Below are positions 24,180 through 37,174 of a stretch of 64,000 nucleotides of DNA, piece after piece. The DNA is from Dicyema japonicum (lineage: Eukaryota > Animalia > Dicyemida). Position numbers and translations under genes: made by a program. The notes under the pieces were generated by a model. It did not search any database, was not told the DNA's origin, and saw only the letters and a list, made by a program, of their open reading frames with translations. Numbering within the stretch: position 1 is the first letter of the stretch; every line of letters begins with the position of its first letter. Location of the stretch: NCBI GenBank assembly GCA_011109175.1, contig RDEW01000035.1:386902-450901 (forward strand). Reading direction: 5' to 3'.

Positions 24180-26400
24180 GGCCTCAATATAAACTACAAT
24201 CCAAATTCTCTAAGGAAATTATCAAAAAGATTCATACAGAACACAGACTAAAAATCAAGAATGTGGCCATCCAGCCTAAACATTGAAATCAGCTACTTAA
24301 TCAACACGAGTAAACCAGAAAGATGGAACAAATTCATCTAATAATAGACTACCGAACAAAACAAAGACTTTCTGAAGACACCACGTGATATTCAGACGAC
24401 ACAAAATAGACTGCCCACAACCCACGCCATCGATATTGATATGAATACACCTGATTTCCTCAATCAGTCTAATATCCTAATGAACCATAAGTAAAAGTAT
24501 GGAAAATCATAATGAATAAAATCTCCCGACTATGTAAACTAAATCGTTTATACTCATCACTGAAATCCTATTGTAATCAATGTCAAGTCAAAATTTGATA
24601 TGTTCTTTATAATTGATTAAAACTTATAAAAATGTAGTTTTTAATCAAAAATATTGTATTAATCAAAAGTTATAAAGTCAAAAAAGTCAAAATTTAATTT
24701 TTTTAATTGACATTTTTTATTTTTATTTTTTATTTTTCGAGTTTTTAAATAAACTACTAGCGTGGGATCAATTATCATCTTCACCGTGTTGCCGCGTTCA
24801 ATCAAGAATGACATTGAAAAGATGTTGTTAAAAAATATCCTGATGGAAATCTTTTTTGGAATTTATGTGCGACATTTGTAACTGCAAAAAACAATTTTAT
24901 AGATTTTCTAAGAAGCATATCAAATTAGCAGGTTTATTATTATTTATTACTATTTTACAGGTTTTCTCGTTCCATCTGCCAACACAGAGGTCGATAAAGT
25001 CACTAAGGCGTTTGTCGATTTTCCCTTGCATAAGTTGAACAATAAAAGCTTACCGACTTGTTTGAGATTATTGGACATAATCTTCCTTTTACTACGCTTG
25101 CCGAAAAAATGGAAACAGAAATATGTCAACTTTTGGAAGAATTTCTGATCCCAAGAAAATATATCTTGTCGTCATTGTTTTCTGCAGCTAACTTTTTGAT
25201 TATCTGTCAGATAATTGACGATGTTCTAAGTGATTTTGCGATAAATTGCAAAGACTGTTGAATAAATTCAGAGATTGCATTTTGGGGACGATTTATGTGG
25301 AATCAGGAAGTACTGGAATCAAGAATATTTTTCAAACATGTGCTTTCTACCACAAAAGTAGAAAAACAACATATTTCTACATATGTATACAACTATCTGA
25401 GTGTCCTTCCACATCATTATTTGTTGAGAAAAGTTTTTCTTCATTGGATAGATTACTATCTAAAGACCGAAATTTTAAACCCGAAAACGTTTTGAATTAC
25501 ACTTTTCTGTATTTTAATAAAGATTTTGATTAGTTTTCTATATTAAACAAAATTTTTTGTAGATAAATTTATCATAAAGTCAAAAAAATCAAAATTTTGG
25601 ATTTTTAAAGTCAATAAAGTCAATTTTTAGGTCAAACTTTCCGATTTATTGTCAAAATAAAAATCGCCCTACTAATCAACTAAAACCTCACCAAAAACTC
25701 AATAAAATCCCCACAAAAAGGTTAGACGGAATCAGCGTTCTCCATTTGAAATACCATGGCCTTAAATAAATTACTGACATTATTTCTGTTTCCATCAATT
25801 ATCGCCGTATCCAAATCCTGAAGCCAAATCCTTCAACCATATGATCATATTGATTGATTTAACTTTTATCTTAATTTTTAAAATTCTCGAACGAGTGGTT
25901 CTCAATATAAATCTCCCCCGTTCGAATTCACAACACGCTTTTTTACCCAGCACTCAACATATACAAATCTATGTACTTTCACCTAGTATATCGTTGATTG
26001 TTTTTGGCCGAATGCCAAGCAAAAAGCCTGATGGCCTCTGATTCGAATCTCGCTGCTTTACATTCCCAAAATAAAAAGTTTTATTAGACAGACTTGGTCA
26101 GTCATAATGTTTTGTTTGTCTCATTTCCACATCTTTTCAAACGGATGTACCTCAAGGCTCCGTCTTGCCCCCTGCTTTCTTCGATTTACATCTAAACACT
26201 TTTCTGTTAACTCCAAGATATTTTCTTTACGCAGATGGCATCATTATCGCTTTCAAAAACAGTAAAATCAACAAAGCAACCAATCATGTCTAGAATCACT
26301 TGAACTATCTTGAAAACTGGTTTGGTGTAAACCACTCATCTTTTCAGATTCTACTGTCACTTTATTCACGTTGACAGCTAAATTTTCTCTCAACTATAGC
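24180..26400 (+). mobile_element. Decayed LINE (linker + RT) interrupted by hAT insertion at 24581-25671
   Basis: KILERVVLN...QHAF; DVPQGSVLPPAF...FLYADG; contiguous empty site seen at 11715-11770. Confidence 0.75.
24581..25671 (+). mobile_element. hAT (CGGBP1-like) deletion derivative
   Basis: ECPSTSLFVEKSFSSLDRLLSKDRNFKPENV; right end aaaatcgcccta; 8-bp flanks gtaatcaa / ctaatcaa; AT-rich aaagtcaa subterminal repeats. Confidence 0.75.
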
Positions 26401-26404
26401 CTTT

Positions 26405-27300
26405 TTATTTATTTATTTTTAAAAACCCGAAACCACTAAGAAAGAAAGTACTAAATCGCTAAATTAAGTTATCCCAGCCTCCTACATCTCTCGAATTCTC
26501 TCCGAATGCTCCGCCACTGAACCAACAACATTCCTCAAGTGTCTTCTTTATTTCTTTAGAGGAATTCTATCGGAGTTGACTTTTTTTAACGCAGATCTGA
26601 ATTCTTCCGCATTAGCCGCCCTCTCTCTGAATGGGTTTCCTAGCTCCTTGCACATACGTTGGAAGCCCTGGCCATTTCTCATCGTCGCCTCCTCTGAAGA
26701 GACTGGGGATGGATATGGTGTCTGGGATGGGAATGTTTCCGAGGAATATCTCAAGTCTACCTTTAAATCTTCTGTCCGTAGTAAATAAGGTGAACTGACA
26801 ATTGGATGCAGACACAGACATTAAATTCGTGGATAGCCAGGCACGCACCTGGTTGAGGTGTGACTGAACCACCGCCACAGCCCTGGAGGAAGATTTGTCC
26901 CTTGCAGCGATAAACAGATAAAACATAGTGTCCTGATCTTTGATAGTTAGGCAAATCGTGTAGAAATAAGTTAAATAAGAGAGGAGACAGAGAGAAGCCT
27001 TGTGGGAGCCCATTAGGGAATAGTCTTGATTTTGAAGTAATTTTTCTAAATCCGAACTCTTCCACGTCGGCCATTTAAGAAATTTTTCAGCCATAAGAAT
27101 GATGTTCGGATGTAAATCTGAATTAAAGATCTTTTGTTAGAAGTGCCACGAAACCGAAGGATCAGTGTAATTAGTGAATTCTTCCATATATTTGGTAATT
27201 CGCACATGTTCGGGTGGGTCGTAGAAATTTGATAGTCCTTTCCTAAAACCATTCTGGAGAAAGACGACCTGTCATGAAACATCCCAAAAATACTTGGGGT
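26405..27300 (-). mobile_element. Decayed LINE RT with 3' end
   Basis: FPNGLPQGFSLSPLLFNLFLHDLP; WLKNFLNGRRGRV; 3' stem ctgggataact/agtggtttcggg and A-rich tail at 26405-26485. Confidence 0.8.
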
Positions 27301-27843
27301 TAAATTCGACCAACTAATAATTTCCTCAAGACATATGTAGTAAGAAATTGGAAAGCCATCTCGCTAAATGAACATACTGAAAGCTGCCTCAGCCGATTTT
27401 TCAACAAAAACAAAGAAATCTGTATAAACAGTTTATTTTAATAACAATTAACTATGAAACCCTTGATGGTCAGCTTGTGTTCTTTTAATTCTATCGATAA
27501 ACTACAAAAATCATTTATTTATTTTATTGATGTTTAGCAGAGTAGTTAATTGGTCAGAAGTTGTACTGGTGACTTAATTTTGTGGATTATGGTGTAGCTC
27601 TACGACATGTAGTATTTTTCCTCAAGTCGATATAATCTCACGTCTTCCTTTTTGATGGACTCGGGAGACTTTACATATGTGAATTTTCGGAAATAAAAAA
27701 TGATCGGATATCAATGCCTAACTTAGAATCCATTTGGTCAAAATATGGTTTGGTATTGTTACTCTAATATAGTAGATGGAAAACATAATCCATACGTAAT
27801 GGAAATATGATTAATATAAAAGTAGTAATGATGATAAATAATA

Positions 27844-28117
27844 ATGATTACTCTATTTGGTATTTTTTATTATTAATTTGTAGGAATATTATTATTGGGT
27901 TCATTAATAGAACACAAAAATATACAAAATGACTGTATTACAGAGGCAACAAAAAGTATTAAAGATGGAAATTTCAGTAATAAATTCAAACAATTTATTA
28001 ATTTATTGAATGGTTGTAGAAAAAATATTGGTATGTAATGTAGTTAAACTAGACAAACGTACAATGGCGGAGAATACTGGTTTTGTTGACTACTTTTATA
28101 TGTTGAGAATAAGATAA
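27844..28117 (+). CDS. Small putative secreted peptide precursor, 75 aa (copy 2)
   Basis: MITLFGILLLGSLIEH...; introns gtattttttattattaatttgtag (24 nt) and gtatgtaatgtagttaaactag (22 nt); stop TAA 28115-28117. Confidence 0.7.
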
Positions 28118-28664
28118 AATATAACAAAATTAATTATTGGAATATTAATTTAGTTTTTTATTTATCTTTTTAATAATAACTCTGTTTTATTTAACGAAAA
28201 AGTTAACATTTAAGCAACCTTCCTCAATCGCTTGTTCACCACCCTCCTCAGGAGTTCAATTCTAATTTTTGAAACCGCTGAGCCCTTTTCTCATTAGGCT
28301 CTGCCTACTATACTACAGTGTAAGACAATCTAGAGTTCCCTTTAAAGCTATGGATAATAGGCGATTAAATTTAAACAGATTATTTTCTCTTCTTTTCTTA
28401 CACCGACTTTCATGGGTATAGAGTTTCCTTCTATACACCATTATTGCCTCATCTAACTTCGCCTTTTCCCTCCTCAAATAGTTGATGTCTCATTTGGGAA
28501 CGATGTTTACTAAATATCCCTCTTAATATAGGCGATTTTTTTCCTTTCACACAAAAAAGTAGCACGGAATTTTCCATCCTATAAAGCAGGTCTCCATATT
28601 AAAGACGTTAGGGTTTTGACATGGGATGGAGTTGACTCAAGATGCTTCAAAAATCATATTAATT

Positions 28665-28980
28665 AATTTATTAACCCTGGATACACCGAGAAAGAAGTTA
28701 AAGCAAACAACTAATTAAGTGTATCCAGTTTTCACTTCTACATAAAGGGTAAAAGACGAATCAACATAAAGGGTAAAAGACGTCCATACTTGCAGTTGTG
28801 GAAACCCATCCAGTGGAGTGGGGAAGAGCAAATGATCCTTTTTCGTGCCGGCCTGGCACTGGGCGTCACCTAGACAGGTGGATCACCTGACGCCACTCTA
28901 GTAGAAAGAGAGGAGGAACAGAAAATCAAACAAATTCTTCAACCAACTAGTCACGAAGCATCACATGGCGCCACGCGGCT
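28665..28980 (-). mobile_element. Short non-autonomous retroelement (second copy)
   Basis: Reverse complement of 335-660. Confidence 0.7.
28830..28894 (-). ncRNA. Candidate HDV-like ribozyme fold (best copy)
   Basis: GGCGUC A GGUGAUCC ACC UGUCUA GGU GACGCC CA GUGCC AGGCC GGCAC GAAAAA GGAUCAUU: helices occur in the HDV order P1-P2-P3-P3'-P1'-P4-P4'-P2'. Confidence 0.55.
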
Positions 28981-29419
28981 AATTTGTCATATTGAATCAA
29001 TAAAACAATAATCAAATATAACAACAATATTTATTGATTAGCATTACTGAAAACATTCTTGATTAATTCTATTTTGTATTTAAATCACCATATTATATGT
29101 TAAAGGAAGAATTATCTGTTATTAATTATTTAAAAAATTGACGAAATCCAAAAAACAAAGTCTCTAGTCTTAATCCGTATTTTAGCACATATGTTTTCTG
29201 GAAAACCCTCGAAAAGATTCACTAAACAATCTGAATCCGAACACTTCTGGTTTGGTTTTGCTATCCACAAGTGTCTTGACGAGAGAATGTACAGAGTAAG
29301 AGGATTTAATGACAATATAGATGTACTCCAGATAAATACAAGGAGTGCTAATGGATACCTTATTTATATTGTTAATATGTACGCTCCCATGACAAGAGTC
29401 TCTAAAAATCCGACGAATT

Positions 29420-30240
29420 AATGGTGTAACCAAATTCATGTGTTCTCATCTGTTTTGAGCATATTTCTTTTCTTTATGAGAATAGCTTGTGCGACAATAG
29501 TCTTGGATAGAAGTCCTTATATAAAGATATGGGAATGAATAATCGCGGATGGTACCACTAAGCATATTTGCTGCTTTATCAATCGTGATATCCGTCATCA
29601 GCATCACGGTTAGTTGAGAATCCACATATTTGGTGAAACTTACCCAATTATTTTCCACTATGCACAAGTATGACTTTTGAGTAGTATAATAACTTATTAT
29701 AAATTCTATCTTAGACATATGTTTTTTCAAAAGGGAAAAAGATTGTTTCACTGATTGAAATAGAGGGACATTTTAGAAGGTTGCAATATGTCATTGGATT
29801 TGTTGATTTGTTAGTCATTTTAACAACATCATTAAATCATTCTTCTCATACCTTTCAATAGAGTAATTTTCAATATCCCCCTATACAGAAACAAAGGTGA
29901 TTTTTGCAATTTTTCAAATTAGATTTTAGCCATTTATATTTCACAATTTAAAAGAGCTCATAAACAAATTTTCATTCATTATTGATTGCTTCACATTTGC
30001 AACAATAATCCCATCGTCTTTAAAATTGTTTAATGTCTTTTATTGCAACGAGACTTTCGGAATAATAAAATGCTTTTAATAAACTCCCCCATCTTGTGGT
30101 AATTACATCTGAAGGTAATTTAATCTCATACAACATAACTTTGCGCTTTGTTGATTTCGAAAGAGAAATTTTAACTATGGGATATTTTGACATTATTTTC
30201 ATTGTACAATTTTGTAGCAAATAAAAAAACAAGTAATATT
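29420..30240 (-). mobile_element. hAT-like transposase remnant
   Basis: LPSDVITTRWGSLLKAFYY resembles the conserved TRWGxWL motif; multiple stops. Confidence 0.6.
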
Positions 30241-30484
30241 AAAAATTTTATTATTTTTATTTTTCAGTATCTGCTAATAAGTAATATCAAATTTGAAATT
30301 TTTAATAAGAATTTATCTTAAACATCTCTAATTGTTGAATTATATAATCGAATATGAATTAATAGATGATTTCATGTATAAAGTCTCTTGATTACAAATA
30401 GCCCGCCAATTACATTTAATAATTTTTTCTCGTTAATTTTAAATTCCTAAATAATTAAATATAATTGTTTGTCTAAAAATGTTT

Positions 30485-30650
30485 ATTTTCTCTCCTTCTC
30501 TTACACCGACTTTCCTGGGTATAGAGTTTCCTTCTATACACCATTATTGCCTCATCTAACATCGCCTTTTCCCTCCTCAAATATTTGATGTCTCATTTGG
30601 GAACACGATGTTTACTAATATCCCTCTTACTATAGGCGGTTTTTTTCCTT
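30485..30650. repeat. Third, partial copy of part of the inverted duplication
   Basis: Matches 28390-28550 (ttacaccgacttt...atagagtttccttctatacaccattattgcctcatctaac). Confidence 0.85.
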
Positions 30651-30659
30651 TGCTCCTAG

Positions 30660-31640
30660 CTCTGTCTGTCTCCATGCAATCTTCGCACAAACTAGTTGGT
30701 CTGGGCTTGTGTGTCAAATACTTATAGGTGATCAGTGCTGCATACAGCACTAGAAAGATGTCTCACAGTGACCCTACTGGCTTAGCCTACAATGCATAAA
30801 CCACAAACTTATTAATACATGTAAAAATTCCTCCGTTAACCATGCTTGAGAGATTTTGTGGTTAACTCTGTGGTCCTCAAGGGGGATAACTGCACTGCAG
30901 CAAGATTCTGCGCCAACACCTATAGACATGCTTGACCAGCGAGGTATCACAGCTCTAGTGATCATGCTCTCTTTGACAACTGTGGTTCTTGCTCTGACCA
31001 TCATTGTTTATGGCCTTTTTCTTGAATTCACTAACAGATAGAGCTGTACTGAATCTGCCACTACAGAGCTCCGCCAAGTATGGCCAGCAATTCCAGGGCA
31101 TCAGGAATAGCCTGCTACGTACCTGTAGGACTACCTGCCTCGTCCATTCTTAATAATATACTTATGCCTAAATTGGTGGGAATATGAGAAAAGTGGACTA
31201 TCTGATGAAATACGGAAGCGTGCGAGGATGAGAGTCGCATGGAGAAAACTGGTAAAGCATTAGCTAAGAGCACGACAAGCGGAACCCCAAGTATTTATAT
31301 GCTCATTGATGTTCTTCCAAATATCAGGAAGAATTCCTTAGTCACACTTATTTTGAAATCAGGAAAACCAAAAGATGATTCTACTTTGTTCCTCCTAGTC
31401 TCGCTTAATTACACGATGTACAAATTGTTAGAAAATCTTATACTAAAACTAATTTCTCTAGCACTGGTGGTTCGACTTCGACGCCTTCTCATAGTTTCTC
31501 ATATTCTTTAATTCGCCAGAAATACATATACAATAGCCTTAGTCTCTGTGGAAGGGCTCTTATAATAATTTCTTCGAGGACATTCATTTCTAGAGTCAGC
31601 ATGCCTATTTTAAGATCAATAAGTCATAGGTCACGTCAAG
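30660..31640 (+). mobile_element. Decayed LINE, APE to RT domain 1
   Basis: SDH-like motif near 30995; RKNSLVTLILKSGKPKDD...YTMYKLLENLI. Confidence 0.6.
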
Positions 31641-31779
31641 GTTTTTTTTGTTCTTTGAGACGACTATGGAGGCATGTCCCAGACGGACTTCGGAGCATCA
31701 TTGTAGAGGTGATTCGACAGAATAGAGATAGATTTTGATGGTGACATAAAATTTTACAGAGCAGAAGGAATCCTTCGAT

Positions 31780-32070
31780 CAGGTGGAAACAATGTGGGAA
31801 TTTAAAGCTAATCGTGAGTGACTGTTTAGAAGTTAGCTAGTAGGGTTCCCGAGAGATTTCTTTTCACTCTACCATGCCTTCCCATGAATGTCTCATCGCT
31901 CGTAACATTTAGGTCTCCTACGATCATTACTAATGTTGAGAGAGCATACTTGGAAAAGACGGCAGAAAGACTTGTGTAAAAGTCATCAATCTCCTCAGGG
32001 TTTTTATTAAGCCATCCACTGTGAGGGCGTAAACGTTTATTATAGTTAGATCGACGGGTTGAGGTCATCC
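31780..32070 (-). mobile_element. RTE-like APE fragment
   Basis: EEIDDFYTSL...VMIVGDLN...GRHGR..RNLSG. Confidence 0.7.
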
Positions 32071-32349
32071 AGTTTCAATTGCAACACCCCGATTCTATCA
32101 TTCATACTGTAATATCGGCAGACTCTCTTGGATAGATCATTCCTAACGGCAAATCCTAGCCCATAGTGCTTGTTTCCATTTGGAAGGAAAATTAGTCGAA
32201 AGTTCCCATGTTGTTCTTCGATCCCGTTGATTAATTTGGTCTCCTAAAAACAGGCGATTGAAATCTTGTATTTTGAAAGATCCTCGACCAGTTCTTTCCG
32301 TTTCCAAACGCTTGAGAGTCCCTTGACGTTGAACGTGAAGGGAGAAGTC

Positions 32350-34330
32350 CAATGACTTGATAGTGTGTTTTCCAGACATTGAGTTCAAGAGCCACGTCAC
32401 CAGCTTAACCGAAGAACTACTTGCGAGGGCCTCCAGCATTTCCGAATTAACGTCTTTTAAACAATCACATTTGTGCGTTTTAATATTTGCTAATGCTGAA
32501 AATCCAAGTTCAAAAAGAGGGTTGTTGTGTGGTGATGCCTGTCGTTAAAAAAGCTCGTACAAAGAGGATTACTAAAATCAAAAAGACTACCTCTGGAGAG
32601 GTTTTAAAAAAGAGTTGTATTGAACACGTTAAGGATCTGTCTGTGGAACCTGCTTTTGAATATTTTGGGAATGTTTTATAAATCTCTGTCACGTCAGTAT
32701 GGGAGCTATCAAAATCTCTAGCGTACTGTACTCGTTCGACTTGACAAGGTCTATCAGATTGAGCCACAAAAGCTCCGGGATCTTCCGCCTCGAATTCAGA
32801 AAGGAGGACACAAAAGGAACTTTTGTGAATATGTGAAAGTTACTTCACCTTTTGGTCTTGGAAACCATTGCTTCAGTGAAATCCGAGTGAGACCGGCCGA
32901 AATTGTGTTGAAGAACCTGCCCTTTTGGGTTGATGATAACGACTTTCATGAAGTTGTCAAGGAAATTAGCTTCCTCTACTACGAGCATATGCCGTTTCTA
33001 CAAGGGAGATAGGGGACTCCCTCTTGCAAAAGTTCAAGTTGGCTCAAGGACAGAGGCTACATCGCTTGTCCGTCTTGGTTTCAACATTGCCCACGTGCCA
33101 ATTACATGTGAATGTACAGATGAGGCCCACCTAGGTGTTTCAAGTGCCAACGCTATAGACACATATCCTCCTTCTGTAAGAAGGCAAGATGTCTCCGTTG
33201 TGCAGGGGAACACGACCTGACTGCTTGTGGAGAGATTCCTGGAAACATAATGAATTGCATAAATTGTGGCTCGTCCTTACATTGTACCAGATATGGTAAA
33301 TGCCCAGCCGCCATAAAATCTGATCAGAGGAGCAACTAAAGGAGAGCACTTGTGAGAACGCGGACAGCAAAGACAGTTACGTCAAAGTCGGCAACTAAAA
33401 TTCGTCGGAAACCGAACGATGTCCCACCCAATCTATCAGAGAAAATATACACTGAAATATCGGAGATTATGTCACGGCTAAATTATCTGTGTTCGATTGC
33501 ACATGTGGATTTAATGGAAACGGTGACCTTGGTTTTGAAGAAGCAAGGTCACCCAAATGTTTGAAGCAAGGACTAAAAATAGTGCTAGTGAATGCCCGAT
33601 CTTTAAGTGAAAGGTATAATGAACTAGCATTACTTGCGAGGGCCTCCAAGATCGACATCTTGGTGGTCAATGAGACGAAATTAAAGAAAGCGAAGAGTAA
33701 TATAATGACTGGATACAATTCTGTGGACGTTTTATGGAAGGCTGGAGCAGTTGCTGGTACGGGAACATCTATTTTCTACCGAGACTGCCTCCGAATTCGT
33801 AATCCAAAAGTCGTTTGTGATGTATTGTGTGAATTTGTAAGCATGGAAGTTTGTTGCGACGGAGTATGGTTAGTGTTGGAGGTCTATACTCCAAGAATCT
33901 TGAGACTTGTTCTACAGATATCACTGAGTTCTACAACAAGAATCCCTATACTATCTTAATTGGGGATCTTAATTTGAAGAACACTAGTTATGGTTGTAGC
34001 AAGACAAATCAGTATAGACGACGTTTATAATTATTGTCTGATTCATGTGGCTTTGTGATCCTTACGTCAGATCACCCAAATCACTTTTTTTATCATGGTG
34101 GCGACAAATTTGGCGTATTCCTAGTATCGCCAGCTCTATCTGTGTATGTGGGAAAGTCAAAAACTCTATGGATATCGGGAGCACCATATTCCACAAGAAT
34201 TAGTTATTAGTATGAGGACAGATGTTATGGAAGATGACCTCTTGAGGTTCAACATATCTCATTTGGATTGGGCCCACTATAGGGTCTTAATATCCAATAA
34301 TTTGTGTGTACTACCGAGAGAGTTTTCAAC
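32350..34330 (+). mobile_element. Jockey/I-group LINE: gag-like ORF1 with three zinc knuckles, then APE; 3' truncated
   Basis: CFKCQRYRHISSFC, CLRCAGEHDLTAC, CINCGSSLH...C (33130-33310); GLKIVLVNARSL...DILVVNETKL (33489-33959). Confidence 0.82.
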
Positions 34331-34559
34331 CATAGAAGAAATCAATGCTGCAAGTCGAGAACTAACGAATCCCATGCAGTCATATCTTCACCTATATGCA
34401 CGAAGGCTCGTTTCCATCCTCCTTGTTTTTCGTTTCCATCCTCCTTGTTTCTCGCATCCGCCCTCAGATTATCTGCTGCTTTAAGTTTTCTTAATATCAA
34501 AGTTAGTTCTTTGTCGAAATCGATAAGTTGTTTTGTTTAATACAGAAAAGTATGATTCC

Positions 34560-36720
34560 ATAGCTTATTGGCCGGTGCCATTTCCGAATCTCTTAGGATA
34601 TGTCCAAAGAGCTGCCATTTCGTAGAAGTAACGTTATTTCCCAATCTTGTTGTTTGAGTAATTCTATATGTTGTTGGTTATCCGGTTTGCCCAGTAGACT
34701 CACAGAAGAAGTCGCAGTTGTTTTCTGTGGAAAGAGTTGAGGTTTTCCAGTTCTTTGGTGGTTAGGTCCCAGGTTATAAAGTAGAATTGGTTCGATAGAG
34801 GAGTTGTACAATTGAATTAGAAGGCGAGTGCCTATGTACTTTCGTCGCATCCAGATCGCCCACAATTTTTTGAAAGAAGCAACCACCAGAACTTTCTTGT
34901 AAATAACGTCCTCCGAGTTCTCCACTTTTCCTCGTATTTCGTCGTGCAACGGGATATGCTATTTCTTTCCATTTTGTCTGGGTTTACTATCAAGGACCAG
35001 TCCTCCAAGCCTTGAGGAATCACTTTTAGTATAGTTTCCAGCGTAACCCTATCCCGGCAGACGAAATCAGTATCATCGACGTAGATTACTTCCATCACGT
35101 TAGTGAAACAATTTTTTTTTTGGAGAGGTCTTAGAGCTGCATCCATGTATATTATGAATAGAACCTGGGATAACGAGTCTCCCTGTGGTGCGCCGGTGTC
35201 GGTTTTAAACCTTGTTGAGTTGTAATTTCCCACGCGCACTGATAGTGTTGGAGAGTAAAAATCTGATCATACGTGATGCATCCTCGTCTAGAATACTCTC
35301 CAGTACGTGCATTAGCTTCTTGCGGTTGATAGTGTCGAAAGCACGGGATAAGTCAATTCCAAGGATTGAGATTTCTTCTTTGTGTTTCTGCCACATTGCA
35401 CACATCCACCTGTGGCTATATACAACATCTGCCGTCGACCTTCCAGGTCTGAATCCACTTTGACTAGGGTTCAGGGACTCATTTACAGGGCCTGAAATAC
35501 GATCCAGCACAAGGGAGAGTATCTCCCTTATCGTATTCATTAGTGTAATCGGGCGTAGGCTTTTTAGATTTCTTCCTCTTTCCTTTCCGGGAATTTTATT
35601 TGCTGATTTCTGGCCGTTGATTATAACTTTTCCTGTATCATCAAGAATTGTGATTCTTTCCGCTCTGGTATTGCGGGATAATTGATAACATCAGCAAACA
35701 ATCTTGCACCATGTTTGTACCGTTCGGCATCTTTTGCCAAGTTATCCAGTGTATGCTGGGCTAGTTCCTTCACTCTTCTCTTTATTTTTATTTGATTCTG
35801 TTGCGTTCTTTTTTAAGAGAGTAAATTTGGATTGTCGAGTCTGACGACTCGATTAAGACTCTCAGAGTTTCCATGGTTTTTTTTGGCAATTCTTATATTT
35901 CTTTGTCAAAAGTTCCTTGAACCTTCTTGGGTGATTTCTCAGTACCATCCCAGCAGCCTGCCTGACTGATAGAAATATTCTTCCATAGCAGCCCGGGTGA
36001 CATATTCGTGTAAACATTTTCTAACAGTTTCGATATTTTCTCGCCGTACTTTTTACTGGTATTGTCGGAAGCACATAGAGCCTCCACGGCTGCCAATGCT
36101 CCAGTGATTCCAAAGCGTCGCTTTAGAATGAGACGTGCACTAATTGTCTGTGATCACTCGAGGTCATCATGCCACTGTATGTTCGGGAGTCCGTGAGTAG
36201 CCCCTTCTGTGTTTGCCTGCATAGTATGTAGTCGATTTGGTTAAATATATGGACTTGATTTCCACAGGAGTCTCTCATCTGCCCTGTCCACGTCGTAATA
36301 TGTCGTGCTGCATGTCGGAACGCCGTGTTACAAAGGAATAGTCCAAATGACTCGCAGAAATGTATAAGGTCCTCCCCAGACAGATTTCTGATCCTCGAGC
36401 AATTTGATTTGTCCCACTATTTCACCACTTTTGAATTCCAGTCTCCCGCTATAAAGAGCATGTAGGAGTTTGACAGGGAGGAGTAATCCAATAATAAGGA
36501 CGAGTACAAATTGTCAAGTTCTTCTTCGTTAGCGGGTACCCTCACTGTGGTCGGTGCATATACATTGATAATTGATAGAGTAGTATTACGGTTGTTTCCG
36601 AGGCGTAGTTGGAGGATGGCAATCCTGTCGTTGATACTCCATGTTCTATGAGCCACCACAGCTGCGTCCACGCGTATAGCGAACCCATAATGACGGCAGT
36701 CTGACGGCAACAGGAGCAGT
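34560..36720 (-). mobile_element. RTE-clade LINE, APE + RT, frameshifted
   Basis: IINVYAPT...FIAGDWNSKV; PSQSGFRPGRSTAD...GIDLSRAFDTI; TGAPQGDSLS...IYVDDTDF. Confidence 0.9.
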
Positions 36721-37174
36721 CGATAAACGGTGCTATTCGAAATAGAATTTTCTCAAAACTATTACCAAATAAAGAGCAATCATTTTGTAGACAGGAATGA
36801 TCAAAATTTGGCCAATTGTATGGACTTTCATTTGAGAATCAATTAATTCCGCAACAATATAAATTTAATATAGTTATATGACAAATTGAAAGTGTCTCCA
36901 AAAGTACAGGCAATTTGATTTTGCTTGTAACTCATTAAAATATTCAATAGGTGTGCGTTAAATTCTGGATGTTTAGTCTTGAAATGTGGAGCAATTTACT
37001 TGGTAACATGAAATGGTTCGATAAAGTGTCATCACAAATAAGACTTTGGAATTTGTGTTTTTATTACAATAAAATCTTAGAGACAAATAAGAATTTTTAT
37101 ATCACGTAAAATAGTAGCTTTAGACTTTTTATCAACCATAAGAAAAAAACCACGTTTCAACAAATCAAATTATA

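Larger units (their letters stand above)
27576..29311. repeat. Right copy of the inverted duplication
   Basis: Reverse complement of 1-1736. Confidence 0.95.

Noticed and set aside
28955-28980. GCCGCGTGGCGCCATG as a tRNA-Arg-derived SINE head
   Set aside because: No B-box or cloverleaf follows; better explained as a duplicate of the LINE head GGCGTCATGTG.
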